Below, piece by piece: positions 10,128 to 20,423 of a stretch of DNA of 32,000 nucleotides. Position 1 is the first letter of the stretch, and each line of letters begins with the position of its first letter. Both the position numbers and the translations under genes were made by a program. Below the pieces are notes generated by a model that saw only the letters and a program-made list of their open reading frames with translations, was not told the origin of the DNA and ran no database searches. Where the stretch lies: NCBI GenBank assembly GCA_002794465.1, contig MTSL01000206.1, forward strand, positions 2,060 to 34,059, in the 5' to 3' direction. Source of the stretch: Paramicrosporidium saccamoebae KSL3. Lineage: Eukaryota; Fungi; Cryptomycota.

Positions 10128-10949
10128 ATGACATATTTAACATTCAGATTCTCCAAGGGCAGTGTGTTCGGTCCAAGATTGGTGCAGTTCCTCAGCTATG
10201 TAACTGATGCAGTCCTCCTCTTGCTGATGGCATGGAATGTCGGCAACCTATTCTATCCGTTCTGGAGTACGGTCACACTCGTCTCCCTCTGGATCGGACT
10301 TGTTGTGCATCCATTCATCTTCTGGCTCGTCGAACGATTCCGTCTCCGCTCCGTCATCGTCCCCAAATTCAAACTCATTGGGCCGGAACCGAAAGGCTAT
10401 TCTGAGCGCCTAAAGTATCTCGGGTTCTTATACTCCGTCTGGAAACTTTCCGATTCCTTGTGTCTGTCGTACTACTACGTAGAAGACGGATTCCTTTGCC
10501 CGGGGAAACGAGCTGCCTCTCGTGCATTTTATATGGATTGTAACCCGTTTCTGGGTTGGCTCATCGTCATACTCACAGATGCCATTCCGATAGCTGTGTT
10601 GATTGGATTCCTCTGTGCGGGCTATTTTCTTGGCATTGGCACCCTAATCTTCTTTTCCATGGGCCTCATTTTGGCATTCCAGATGAAGGCTCTCTATTTC
10701 CGCTTTTATGAAGCCAGCCAAGAATGGGAAGACGAGATGGTCTTGGGTGAAAAGGTCCGCACTACCAAACATCTTGGATTGATGGCCTGCACACTGGAAG
10801 GATCGGATGGTGAGCTGTTCCTGAGTCTGGCCAAGTCTGTTGAATATGATCATTGTGTGAGATATTATTGGCTGACACCAGCAGGTGGATGCAAATACGA
10901 ATGTGGATGTTGCCCTTCTGCTTCACCTCTGTCTCGATTTAAAGGATGA
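10128..10949 (+). CDS. Family A2: hypothetical 4-TM membrane protein, 273 aa
   Basis: ATG assigned at 10128 by alignment to A1; close paralogue of A1; ends CKYECGCCP. Confidence 0.87.
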   Translation: MTYLTFRFSKGSVFGPRLVQFLSYVTDAVLLLLMAWNVGNLFYPFWSTVTLVSLWIGLVVHPFIFWLVERFRLRSVIVPKFKLIGPEPKGYSERLKYLGFLYSVWKLSDSLCLSYYYVEDGFLCPGKRAASRAFYMDCNPFLGWLIVILTDAIPIAVLIGFLCAGYFLGIGTLIFFSMGLILAFQMKALYFRFYEASQEWEDEMVLGEKVRTTKHLGLMACTLEGSDGELFLSLAKSVEYDHCVRYYWLTPAGGCKYECGCCPSASPLSRFKG

Positions 10950-11569
10950 TTTGTCGCGGAGAGTGCTTTCAATATCCCTATCATTTAATAAATACGATAT
11001 GTATAGATTTAGTGTACTACAGCGGAAAATCTGAATTAATATCAGTTATTTTACGCCTTTATATCGAAAAATTAAAGTCTCGGATACTAGCAAGCCTTAT
11101 TCCGCCTCACTTTCGACTACTGAAACAGGCACAAGGCCAGTTTCGAGCACCCAGATTGGCGTTCCAAGAGCTGTTGCGTAATCTCAACGCATAAAGAGTT
11201 TTACAAAGGTGTACCATCCAAGCAACCTTTGAAATCACAAATGACACACTAACAATCCTGAAATAGTAAAGATACAGGTCTCACTGCCTTTAATTAGCCG
11301 CTCCAAATATGTCACCTACAAACTAGCGTATCTTCTTCAAAGAGCATGACAATCAATCTACTATATCACATGGCCACGGTGCTAATGTGTAAAGTAGTGG
11401 AATGTTTATTATCAAATATCTTTTCTCCGGGATGGTGCCAATGTGTCCAGACATTGAAGAGCCGACACTTCCGTTCCATAATTGCACAATTATCCAGCAC
11501 CCAACTAGCCATTTCACTGCTTCACATAGTGGCCGTAATCTAGGAGGCCACTGATAACCGATGGCCAAT

Positions 11570-11652
11570 AATAGCAATTTTATCTTTTTGATGTCGGACC
11601 ATGAGCGGAAAGCCAAGAGACTAGCTATTGCCAGCTACTTATTTGGGGGTGC
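11570..11652. repeat. 83-bp element 'x', copy 2
   Basis: See 6546-6628. Both copies lie upstream of a family A locus (psiA0 and A3). Confidence 0.85.
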
Positions 11653-12199
11653 TGCTCTTATTGGTACCGCTTGTACAAGCCGTGTGACTCGTAGGGTTTG
11701 GCTTTAGCGCATTCTCAGTATTCCGAATGATGCGGGCTAATCATGCTGGTGACCCGATAAAGTGCGTGTTCTGGCAGCGAGTCCGTGTCATTTCAAATGC
11801 ACTTTCCATCTCTCTTCTAACACTTCCCTTGGTGCTTCCCTACTTTTCAAATTCATTCATACTCTTCCGCACCACAACTAAAATTTAATTTCTAATCCGC
11901 CCTAATGAGCTGCTTACTTGGGACTAGCCGTCTCTAACGACGACGCCATTCAACAGGCCGCCGACTCTTCGTCAATCGTGCGAATCAATAAAGCAATTGT
12001 AACGAGAATTTCATAGTTGGCCAGTCTTTGGATATCCACAGAACAGTATATCGTGCGCCTCTTGGACAGTTGGAGCCGGGGAACCTCGGCCAATCGAAAC
12101 TAGCTTACCATGTTTTATTAATAGCCATCAAGCATTTTGGTCAGGGGAACATTTTTATTGGATGCCTCATCCTTGCTAGCCGTTCTGGCATCTCCACCG

Positions 12200-13021
12200 A
12201 TGACATACTTGAAATTCAAATCCTCCAAGAGTAGCCGGGTTATTCCGGTACTTGTTCAGTGTCTCAGTGTGATCGCTGATACGCTCCTGCTCTTGCTCAT
12301 GGGCTGGAACATTGTCAATCTGTTCTATCCTCTTTTTAGCTGGATCGCCATTACCCCCCTCTGGGTCGGTCTTATCATGCATTCGTACATCTTCTGGATC
12401 GTTGACCGCTTCAGACTCCGATCCTTTGTAGCTGCCAAACTCCGCCTCACTGACCAAACCACGTCGGAACAAGCCAGCCGCTTGAAACATTTGGGATTTC
12501 TGTATTCGGTATGGGGAAAGTCCGACTCTCTTGCCTTGGGATATTACGACTGCTTAGATAGAGTTTACTGTCAAAAGAAACGTATTGCCATTCTACATTG
12601 TGAAAGCGACTATAACAAGTGGATAGGCTGGTTCGTTGTTTTGGTCACCGATGCCCTGCCGTTTGCTGTGCTTATGTCGTTGCTTTGTGCCGGCTACTTT
12701 CTTGGTATTGGCTCTGTCATATCCTTTGCAATGGGGCATATCCTGGCTCTCCAAATACAGACTCTCCATTTTAGCATCCGGAAATCACATTATTACTGGA
12801 AAGAGGAAATGTTCTTTGGTGATAAAATGTGCAAGAGCAAATCTCTTGGATGGATGACGTGCGTTTTAGAGGGACCCGACAGTGAGCTGTTCCTGACACT
12901 AATCAAAGTGGCCGAGTATGATCACTACGAAAGACAGCACTGGTTCAACTTGGCAAATTGGAAGGTGTGCGCATGCTGTACCTCAAATTCATGTGCTGCT
13001 CCCTCTGGGGAGAGTGTATGA
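12200..13021 (+). CDS. Family A3: hypothetical 4-TM membrane protein, 273 aa
   Basis: ATG at 12200 (MTYLKFKSSK) by alignment to paralogues; same motifs; ends KVCACCTSNSC. Confidence 0.85.
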   Translation: MTYLKFKSSKSSRVIPVLVQCLSVIADTLLLLLMGWNIVNLFYPLFSWIAITPLWVGLIMHSYIFWIVDRFRLRSFVAAKLRLTDQTTSEQASRLKHLGFLYSVWGKSDSLALGYYDCLDRVYCQKKRIAILHCESDYNKWIGWFVVLVTDALPFAVLMSLLCAGYFLGIGSVISFAMGHILALQIQTLHFSIRKSHYYWKEEMFFGDKMCKSKSLGWMTCVLEGPDSELFLTLIKVAEYDHYERQHWFNLANWKVCACCTSNSCAAPSGESV

Positions 13022-13935
13022 TGTATCATAGATCGATCCCCTACTGTACCGTCAATACCTTGAAATAAAGATGACTTTGTGTGTAATAGCGAACTTCTCG
13101 AGTTTCGGGTGCGGAGACACCTCAGCCGACACGGCCAAGACGGTTAGAGGTGAGATCCCGCAATCTCTCTCGCAAAAAGCCCTAATATAACGCCGGCGAT
13201 ACCAATGTAGTATGCTGAATTTCCGAATCGGCACATTCGTTTCGGTAGTTCTAATAAACTAATCTTTTCGCTTTTAAAATGAGCATTCGAAATCCTTGCC
13301 GAGAGAGGCTTCTATTAGCCGAACGTTGTTGCCTTGGAGAATACTTCCAAGACTGGTAGCGCCTCGACTCTCTACTGGCATTACCCTGCTATTACGACGA
13401 TACTGAACATTACCACTATTTGGCCTCTAGTTAAGAAAATACCGGATTATCCAAAACACTTTGTAATGGCGAAAATTATCAAATCCATTCTTGCAGCCGA
13501 CTGCTCGGATATTACATTCATTGAACGATATTCCTAAGCAGCCCGAACGAGGATAAACTATTCATGCGCTAGACTTTTCCAGGCATCTAGAGCCTTGAAG
13601 CGACTGTAAATGCCTGAAAAGATCCAAGGCAAGCCTATACGCTTGAATTCCAATGTCTGCCGTAGTTGCTATTGTCGATTTGTAATCATTACTCGGCCGA
13701 GTGCTGGCTACAGGATCCATGGCTACATCCCGGGTGTTTCTGTGTTTTTGTAACCACGAAAGCACAGCATTCTCTTGACTGACTGCTTCTCGCGTTTCCA
13801 AACAAGACGGTCCAATTTAGTTCTGACGCTTGCAGAGTGCACTGCGAGCAGCCCGAATATTAGAGCCGATGCACTCGGCACACTGGATGTGGTAGAAGGA
13901 TCTTCGAGTCCAGGAGCAAGATCGGAGGATTGAGC

Positions 13936-14700
13936 TCATAGGGCGTACGCATTTAGGTTACAAACCTCACAGTGGTTCCGGGCTTTGGGTACCCTTCGTC
14001 TCCAGCCATGCCAAGTGGTCCTCCAGCCCGGCGTCGCTTTTGGGCGCTGATAGCTACAAAGCTGACACTCTGTGGCGCTCCCTGGGGCAAACCAAGTACC
14101 AAGCTCGATCTCATCATCCGAACGCAGCACAAAAGCGTCAATGTTCCCGCACTTTGCCTTGTGCTTGCCCTCGACCAGCCGATAGAATGCGTCCAAAAAG
14201 CAGTCCTGCCGGATGGTCGCATTGAAGCTCTTCTCTTTCCACATCAAGCGGGTGATGTCGGCCAAATCACCACCCTCTATGGCACGGAAGAGTTTCAGCA
14301 GCACTGCCTGCTGGACGAACCATTCTCGACATTCGGCTACATCGGAGGGGTCCGCAAAGATTAACAATGCGGGCTTTTCTCTGAAGCTCTTGTCTTCATC
14401 GAATGACAAGCCCAGCAGACACTCAGTTTTGAACTCCTCAAAACTGAGCCAAAGTCCGTTACTCGCCACCGTTTCAAAGACGGAAACGAAAGTAACGGGA
14501 TGTTGGATGCGCTAATGCGTCCATACTGCTTAATAGCAGTGGATACGGCCTGGGTAAAGGTCATCCCATCCTTGAGGTCACCGTTTGGGTAAAACTTTTA
14601 GTAGTATTTACCAATGGCTATCCTCCGGCCATAAAGTACCATCGATGACGGCCAGAATGCATACCAGCGGTGTTATCCTCTAAACTTTTTGGGGCTGCGA
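13936..14700 (-). pseudogene. psiB: degraded copy of family B
   Basis: About 93% nt identity to B over ~310 bp (14161-14470 vs 7641-7950). Lesions: 13-nt frameshifting deletion between GTTTCA microhomologies (~14476), 147-nt in-frame deletion (B 7494-7640), in-frame stops in the 5' part (FRG*, KYY*), TM region largely deleted. The Cys4 finger CQLC...TPGWR...CEVC is intact. Confidence 0.88.
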
Positions 14701-15294
14701 AGGAGAATACGGCCGGCTAGGTTGGTCAGTTACCAGGGAGGTAAAAGGGAATTTATAGGCTGGCTGGTTTCTACAATAAACGCCACAAATTCCAGTAATA
14801 TTATTGGGCGATTCAATCGGCTAGATCCCTAACAATAACTGGATAATCTGTGTGAGAGGGCAAACGTATCTGTGATTGGTCAAATATAGTGGTGGCGACA
14901 GCCTTAATAGTCGTGGGATGTGCTTTACGACACAGGGTACGGGGAGACGGCAGGGTGGCTCGGTCATGAGCTTGTGGTTTGACTCTTCTGCTGTGAGTGA
15001 GTACAGAGCTTCCCGTTGAAGCAAAGTTCAATGCAAAGGAATTACTTTGCCTGTTTAATGCATGATTTCATCATGAGAGTGAAAAGGAAAGCAATTATTA
15101 GTCTTCATTTTCAATCAGCTCTTTAATAGTGACAACTGGATATTCAATGTGCCTTCCGGACTGCCTGGGGTAGGGTACTCCAACCAGGTAACGTTGCTTC
15201 TAAATGTTCTATAAATAGCCATCCAACAAGTGGGGCCGAAATATCATCTATTGGATCAGACATTGCTACTGACAACTCCGATCCCCTGCTGATA

Positions 15295-16113
15295 ATGTAC
15301 TTGACATTTAGACCCACCAAGGGAAGCATACTTATTCCCAAACTGGTGCAGTTTCTTAGCTATTCAGCCGATGCACTTCTCGCATTGCTGATGGCATGGA
15401 GTATTGTCCATCTGTTCTATCCCATTTGGAGCTGGGCAACCTTTGCTTCTCTCTGGATCGGGATAGTCGTGCATCCATTCATCTTCTGGCTCATCATACG
15501 CTTCAAAATTCGTGCTTTCGTGATTTCCAGATATCCCTCCATCGATCAGTACGCCTCTCCACCTGCGTTCCGCCTGAGACATCTTGGATTCTTCTTCTCA
15601 GTGTGGGAGTATCCTGATTCCTTGGTTCTAGCAGAGTACCACGGACACGATATCCTATTCTGTTTGAAACAACAATATCCCCGCTTTTCATTTTCAACAC
15701 AATACAAAAAGTGGGTGGGATGGCTCGTCGCATTATCCACTGATGCCCTTCTGGTGGCCTTGCTAGGTGGGCTATTGAGTGCTTGCTACTTTTACGGCAT
15801 CGGCACAATTGTGTTCCTTGCAATGGGCGTCATCTTGGCTCTCCAAGTGAGGAGTCTCCGTTTCCGCTTCAGCAAGTCCCATTATCAGTGGAGGGATGAA
15901 ATGTTCTTTGCTGATAAGATGTGCAAGACCAAGCCTCTTGGCTTGCTGACATGCATCCTGGAGGGACCTGATGGCGAGCTGTTCCTGACTTCCCCCGCGG
16001 TGGTATGGTTTGACCATTATAGAAGAAAGCATTGGATCTTAAGGGAAGCGGAGTTCTTATGTAAGTGCTGCCACCCGGCTCCCCTCCCCGGTCCACCTGA
16101 AAATGCTGTATGA
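15295..16113 (+). CDS. Family A4: hypothetical 4-TM membrane protein, 272 aa
   Basis: Intact ORF with family motifs; ends LCKCCHP. Confidence 0.87.
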   Translation: MYLTFRPTKGSILIPKLVQFLSYSADALLALLMAWSIVHLFYPIWSWATFASLWIGIVVHPFIFWLIIRFKIRAFVISRYPSIDQYASPPAFRLRHLGFFFSVWEYPDSLVLAEYHGHDILFCLKQQYPRFSFSTQYKKWVGWLVALSTDALLVALLGGLLSACYFYGIGTIVFLAMGVILALQVRSLRFRFSKSHYQWRDEMFFADKMCKTKPLGLLTCILEGPDGELFLTSPAVVWFDHYRRKHWILREAEFLCKCCHPAPLPGPPENAV

Positions 16114-16494
16114 TGATTGATTACCCGTTTATTAGCTATTGCAGTGGACATTCAATAAAAAGCTCTACTAGGTATCTACCTCATGAGCAATGCTGCTGAG
16201 AGGCAAAGGTTCTTTAGTTGTGAGTCAATATGAAATTTCCCGTTGAGGCAAAGTCCCATGCAAGGAAATTAATTTGCCTGCTCGGTACATGAGCTCACCA
16301 TGAGAGTAAAAGGGAAAGTAATTATTAGTCTTTATTTTCAATCAGCTCTTTAATGGTCGCAACTGGCCATTCAATGTGCTTTCTGGACTGCCTGGGATAG
16401 GGCACTCTCGGTTCATTCTGCCCCTAGATGTTCTATAAGTATTCATCCAACAGGTGGGCCGAAACATCACCCATCGGAGCATATTCTCTTACTA

Positions 16495-17050
16495 ATGATG
16501 TACTCGACGTTCAGACCCACACAGGGAAGTGTGCTTATTCCAAAACTGGTGCAGTTTCTCAGTTATGCAGCCGATCAAATTCTCTTTTTACTGATGATAT
16601 GAAATCTTATCAATCTGTTCCCTCCCATTTGGAGCTAGGCCACTTTTGCTTCTCTCTGGATCGGATTAGTCGCGCATCCGTTCATTTTCTGGATCATCGA
16701 ACACTTCAAGATTCGTGTTTTCGTAGTCACCAGACACCCCTCCATTGATCAGTATGCCTCTCCACCTACGTTTCGCCTGAGGCATCTTGGATTTCTCTAC
16801 TCAGTGTGGGAGTATTCCGATTCCCTGACCCTGGCGTACTATCACGAATACGATGTCGTCTTTTGCTTGAAACAACAATATCTCCCCCTCATGTTCTCAA
16901 CGCAATATAGAAAGTGGGTGTGATAGCTCTTCTCGTTATCCACCGATGCTATTCTGACATGTTTAATAATTGAATTGCTCGGCGCTTGCTACTTTCACGG
17001 CATCGGCACAATTGTGTTCTTTGCGATGGGTCCCATCTCGGCATTCCAGT
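16495..17050 (+). pseudogene. psiA5: nonsense-disabled, 3'-truncated copy of A4
   Basis: Colinear with A4 for ~185 codons. In-frame stops TGA 16600, TAG 16636, TGA 16921, TAG 16924, where A4 has W, W, G, W. Homology ends after ...AFQ at ~17049. Confidence 0.9.
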
Positions 17051-17449
17051 CTGACAGAAACATGGGCGCCGCAATGGGCTTTTCCGCATCTTAGAGTCAC
17101 CCGACAAACCTACGACACCAGCAACGACAGAGGAGAAATCGTTTGCGCCAAAGGAACAACGAGCATTGACTCAAAGTACCATAAGAAGCAGGACACGAGA
17201 GTAAATCTCAGTCCAACTATTACTTGTCACATGTACTCTTGGGAAGCACCAATGCCGAGTCCTACTGGACAATGGCGCTAGTCAAGCTTCGTGTTTTACA
17301 ATTAGCGCCAGCACGCGAAATCGACTCGGCAGCCAAAATACATTTAGCATTTAGTACGTGCGATTCTGTGCTATCACTGGTACTGGCCAGGCCCTCTCAC
17401 TCGACAATGAGTAAAAATCAATAATCCTTTAAATTTAATTACTTTATCT

Positions 17450-19030
17450 ATGACTAGCAGTCCAACAGACTCCAACGTAACCGTGCACTCTGATAGCCGT
17501 GTGCGTTGTAAGATGCCCCCCACGGGCAGTCGAATCAGCTGGGTGTCACAATTAGATATTGATGCCACGCCGGCATGCGTCCGGAAGACCTCCATCATCT
17601 GCACTATTGGACCCAAAACGAACAACGTGGATTCTTTAATTGAGCTGCGAAAGGCAGGAATGAATATTGTGCGGATGAATCTGTCGCACGGGTCGCATGA
17701 GTACCATGGATCAGTGGTGGAGAATGTACGACGGTCATTTGAAGTATTCCCAGGGAGACCGGTGGCGCTTGCATTGGACACAAAAGGACCAGAGATCCGG
17801 TCTGGCGAGCTGGAAGGCGGGGTTTGCTTGATCCCAAAAGATCATGTATTCATACTGACTACTGATGAGAAATATCGTCTGTGCGGCGGTCTAGAGCGGG
17901 TCTTTGTGGATTATCCACAGATTGGTGAGACTCTGGAGCCGGGCAAGCTAGTATACGTTGACGACGGCAATTTGCAGCTGGAAGTACTCGAGTCTCTGGG
18001 GAGCCAAGGAGTCAAGGTTCGAGCCTTGAACTCGCATAAATTGCTGAATCGAAAAGGAGTCAACTTGCCGTACACAAAGGTCCTGATCCCCTCAGTGTCG
18101 GAGAAGGACAAGCAGGATTTGCGGTTTGCGGTTGAGCAAAAGATGGACATGGTCTTTGCCTCCTTTATCCGTAAGCCCGAAGACATTCACGAAATACGAA
18201 AAATACTGGGAGACAGTAAGATTCTCGTGATTGCCAAGATTGAAAACCACGAGGGAGTGAAAAACTTTGACGCCATCCTGGAAGAGGCAGACGGAATCAT
18301 GGTAGCCCGTGGCGATCTCGGGATTGAGATTCCTCCTCAAAAGGTCTTTGTTGCGCAAAAGATGATGATTGCACGGGCCAATCTGAAGGGTAAGCCAGCG
18401 ATTTGTGCCACGCAAATGCTCGAATCCATGACGCAGAACCCACGACCCACGCGAGCAGAGGCATCCGATGTGGCCAACGCCGTTCTCGATGGCGCAGATT
18501 GTGTAATGTTGTCGGCTGAGACGGCGAGTGGAAATTATCCCGTCGAGACAGTACGCACAATGGCCAGCATCTGTGCCGAGGCTGAATCGACCATTGCCTA
18601 TTTGCCGCTGTTTGAAGAGCTACGAGCTCTCATTGGCTGTGCCGAGAATGTTACTGAGACTATTGCCTGTTCCGCTGTTAATGCAGCATCGGAGACATAT
18701 GTCCAGGCAATCATTGTGCTCACCACCACTGGCGGCACTGCTCGTCAGGTTGCCAAATTCCGACCACAGGTGCCAATCATTACAGTGACCCGCGAAGATT
18801 TGACCGCTCGACAAATCCATCTTCATCGCGGCTGTTATCCGCTGGTCTGGAAAGAATCACATGATCCGCAGAACGAATGGCAGGGCGACGTCGATGGACG
18901 TTTCCGATGGGCCATTTCCGAGGCCAAACGGATTAATCTGCTCAAAACGGGCGACCATGTGGTGCTCATCCAAGGAGCCCGAGCAGGACATGGCCATACC
19001 AACACTTTACGCATCCTCCAAGTCGAATAA
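17450..19030 (+). CDS. PYK1: Pyruvate kinase
   Basis: RKTSIICTIGPKT, RMNLSHGSHEYH, ALDTKGPEIRSG, IAKIENHEGV, GIMVARGDLGIEIP, ATQMLESM, RAEASDVANAVLDGADCVMLS. Confidence 0.98.
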   Translation: MTSSPTDSNVTVHSDSRVRCKMPPTGSRISWVSQLDIDATPACVRKTSIICTIGPKTNNVDSLIELRKAGMNIVRMNLSHGSHEYHGSVVENVRRSFEVFPGRPVALALDTKGPEIRSGELEGGVCLIPKDHVFILTTDEKYRLCGGLERVFVDYPQIGETLEPGKLVYVDDGNLQLEVLESLGSQGVKVRALNSHKLLNRKGVNLPYTKVLIPSVSEKDKQDLRFAVEQKMDMVFASFIRKPEDIHEIRKILGDSKILVIAKIENHEGVKNFDAILEEADGIMVARGDLGIEIPPQKVFVAQKMMIARANLKGKPAICATQMLESMTQNPRPTRAEASDVANAVLDGADCVMLSAETASGNYPVETVRTMASICAEAESTIAYLPLFEELRALIGCAENVTETIACSAVNAASETYVQAIIVLTTTGGTARQVAKFRPQVPIITVTREDLTARQIHLHRGCYPLVWKESHDPQNEWQGDVDGRFRWAISEAKRINLLKTGDHVVLIQGARAGHGHTNTLRILQVE

Positions 19031-19066
19031 TAAAGCAACGGCATGAATTTTATTGATATAGAAGTT

Positions 19067-20062
19067 TTAGAGCGGACGGCGACGGTCATCACGGTCACCG
19101 CGGTCACGAGGAGAATCCATTCCACCTCGTTGCGGACGTCCTCCAACGCTCGGCCTGCCGCCACTGCTTCCACCACGGGACCATCCAGCACCGCCATCAC
19201 GGTCACGGTCGCGGTCACCACGGTCGCCACGATCACCGCGGTCACGGTCGCGACGGTCGCCTCCTCGTCCTCCGCGTGACCCTCCGCCGTGACTGCCAGC
19301 ACTCGAAGTAAATTCAGTCAGGTCAACTCGGAGCGAAGTGGCATTTTCCACTCCAGAGGCCTTGAGCATGACGGCATAAAACTCTTCCCTATTCCGTATT
19401 AGGAAGGAATCAATGCTATTACCTGATTCGTTCACGGACGTCAAATGCGGCTGGTCCCAGCCAGAGCGAAATACGGCTTCGGCTCCCGCGATAAGCAAAC
19501 TGGACACCGGTCAGGACCTGATAATCTGTGAGTTGGCATCCCACTGCCATTAATAACTAAACGTCAGACTAACCAATCAAGAAGTACGGCCATCTTCCAC
19601 ATGTTCGTAATGTTCATGTTTCGGGGCAGCTGCACTCGCCACTCACAGCCTCCCACATTTGCCGGATCCTCCCACATTGGCTTGACGCCCTCGCGCATGA
19701 AAAAGTAATCACACTGCACCGGGATGGTGGTCACATCCTGCATGCTCTTGTATAAACTAAAGTTAGCGTCCTGCCCCCAAGAGATACCACCAAAAGTCTT
19801 CCACCGTTCCAATGGTTACAGATTCTTCCAGACTGCCGGCCCAGGCGTCCTGCGTCACTCCCCGAGAGCTGGCACCTTCCACAGCGCCGAGCTTCTTGTG
19901 TAGTGTCCAGTGCGACTGCAGAGGGTGTTTGACGTGGTAGCTGGTGGCGTCCTCGAGGATGGTGCGATATCCCGAGACGGACGTGCGGCACGCCTCCACA
20001 AGGCCACCCGTGGGGGTCGTGGGAGGCGCTTCATTGCAATTTGGTGCGTCAGTGCTGGTCAT
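19067..20062 (-). CDS. EIF4E: eIF4E-family cap-binding protein with C-terminal RGG/RD-rich extension, 299 aa
   Basis: Exons 20062-19788, 19756-19588, 19556-19423, 19388-19067; introns of 31, 31 and 34 nt. Product has KHPLQSHW, TVEDFWCLY, KPMWEDPAN, WKMALLMAVG and RISLWL, then GGGSRGGRGGDRRDRDRGDRGDRG... to the stop. Confidence 0.9.
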
Positions 20063-20116
20063 GACCAGTTTGGTCGGTTTACTGCCCCCGGTCGTCTGAG
20101 ATGGGTTGACAGGCGT

Positions 20117-20423
20117 ACATGGCCAACTGACGTGAGCATGATTTTCTAATAGTTTTTTTGCAGTATAAACAGTCTTGCCACATCATTATCCCAACTAGAC
20201 ACAACCGGATCAATTATCAGACATGGCCGGCTGACGTGCTCATGCTTTTCTACTAGCTCTTTGCAATATAAACAGTCGCCACATCATTGTCCCGACTAGA
20301 TAAAATTCGATCGTTTATCAGACGTGATCGGCTGACTTGAGCATAATTTTCTAATAGTTTTTGCAGTATAAACAGTCTCGCCATATGATCGTTCCGACTA
20401 GATACAATTTGGTTATTTATCAG
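20117..20423. repeat. Three tandem ~102-bp repeats (units 104, 101, 102 bp) between the kinesin stop and the eIF4E start
   Basis: Units start at 20117, 20221 and 20322. Shared blocks: CTGAC(G/T)TG, TTTTCTA, TTTGCA.TATAAACAGTC, ACTAGA, TTATCAG. Confidence 0.9.

Larger units (their letters stand above)
15011..17050 (+). repeat. Tandem duplication of a ~1.23-kb unit (upstream region plus family A gene): A4 unit from 15011, psiA5 unit from 16238
   Basis: Upstream blocks TCCCGTTGAAGCAAAG...GACTGCCTGGG align at an offset of 1227 nt, and homology continues into the coding regions. Confidence 0.85.

Noticed and set aside
13050-13930. Short ORFs between A3 and psiB
   Set aside because: All frames are interrupted by stops, and I found no recognisable motif or convincing paralogy by eye. 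It may be decayed coding DNA but I cannot support a call.
16495-17050. Non-standard genetic code (TGA/TAG as Trp) making psiA5 functional
   Set aside because: TGA and TAG are used as genuine stops by conserved genes in the window (UAP1 and KNL1 TAG, RBM39 TGA). One stop replaces Gly, and the copy is also 3'-truncated.
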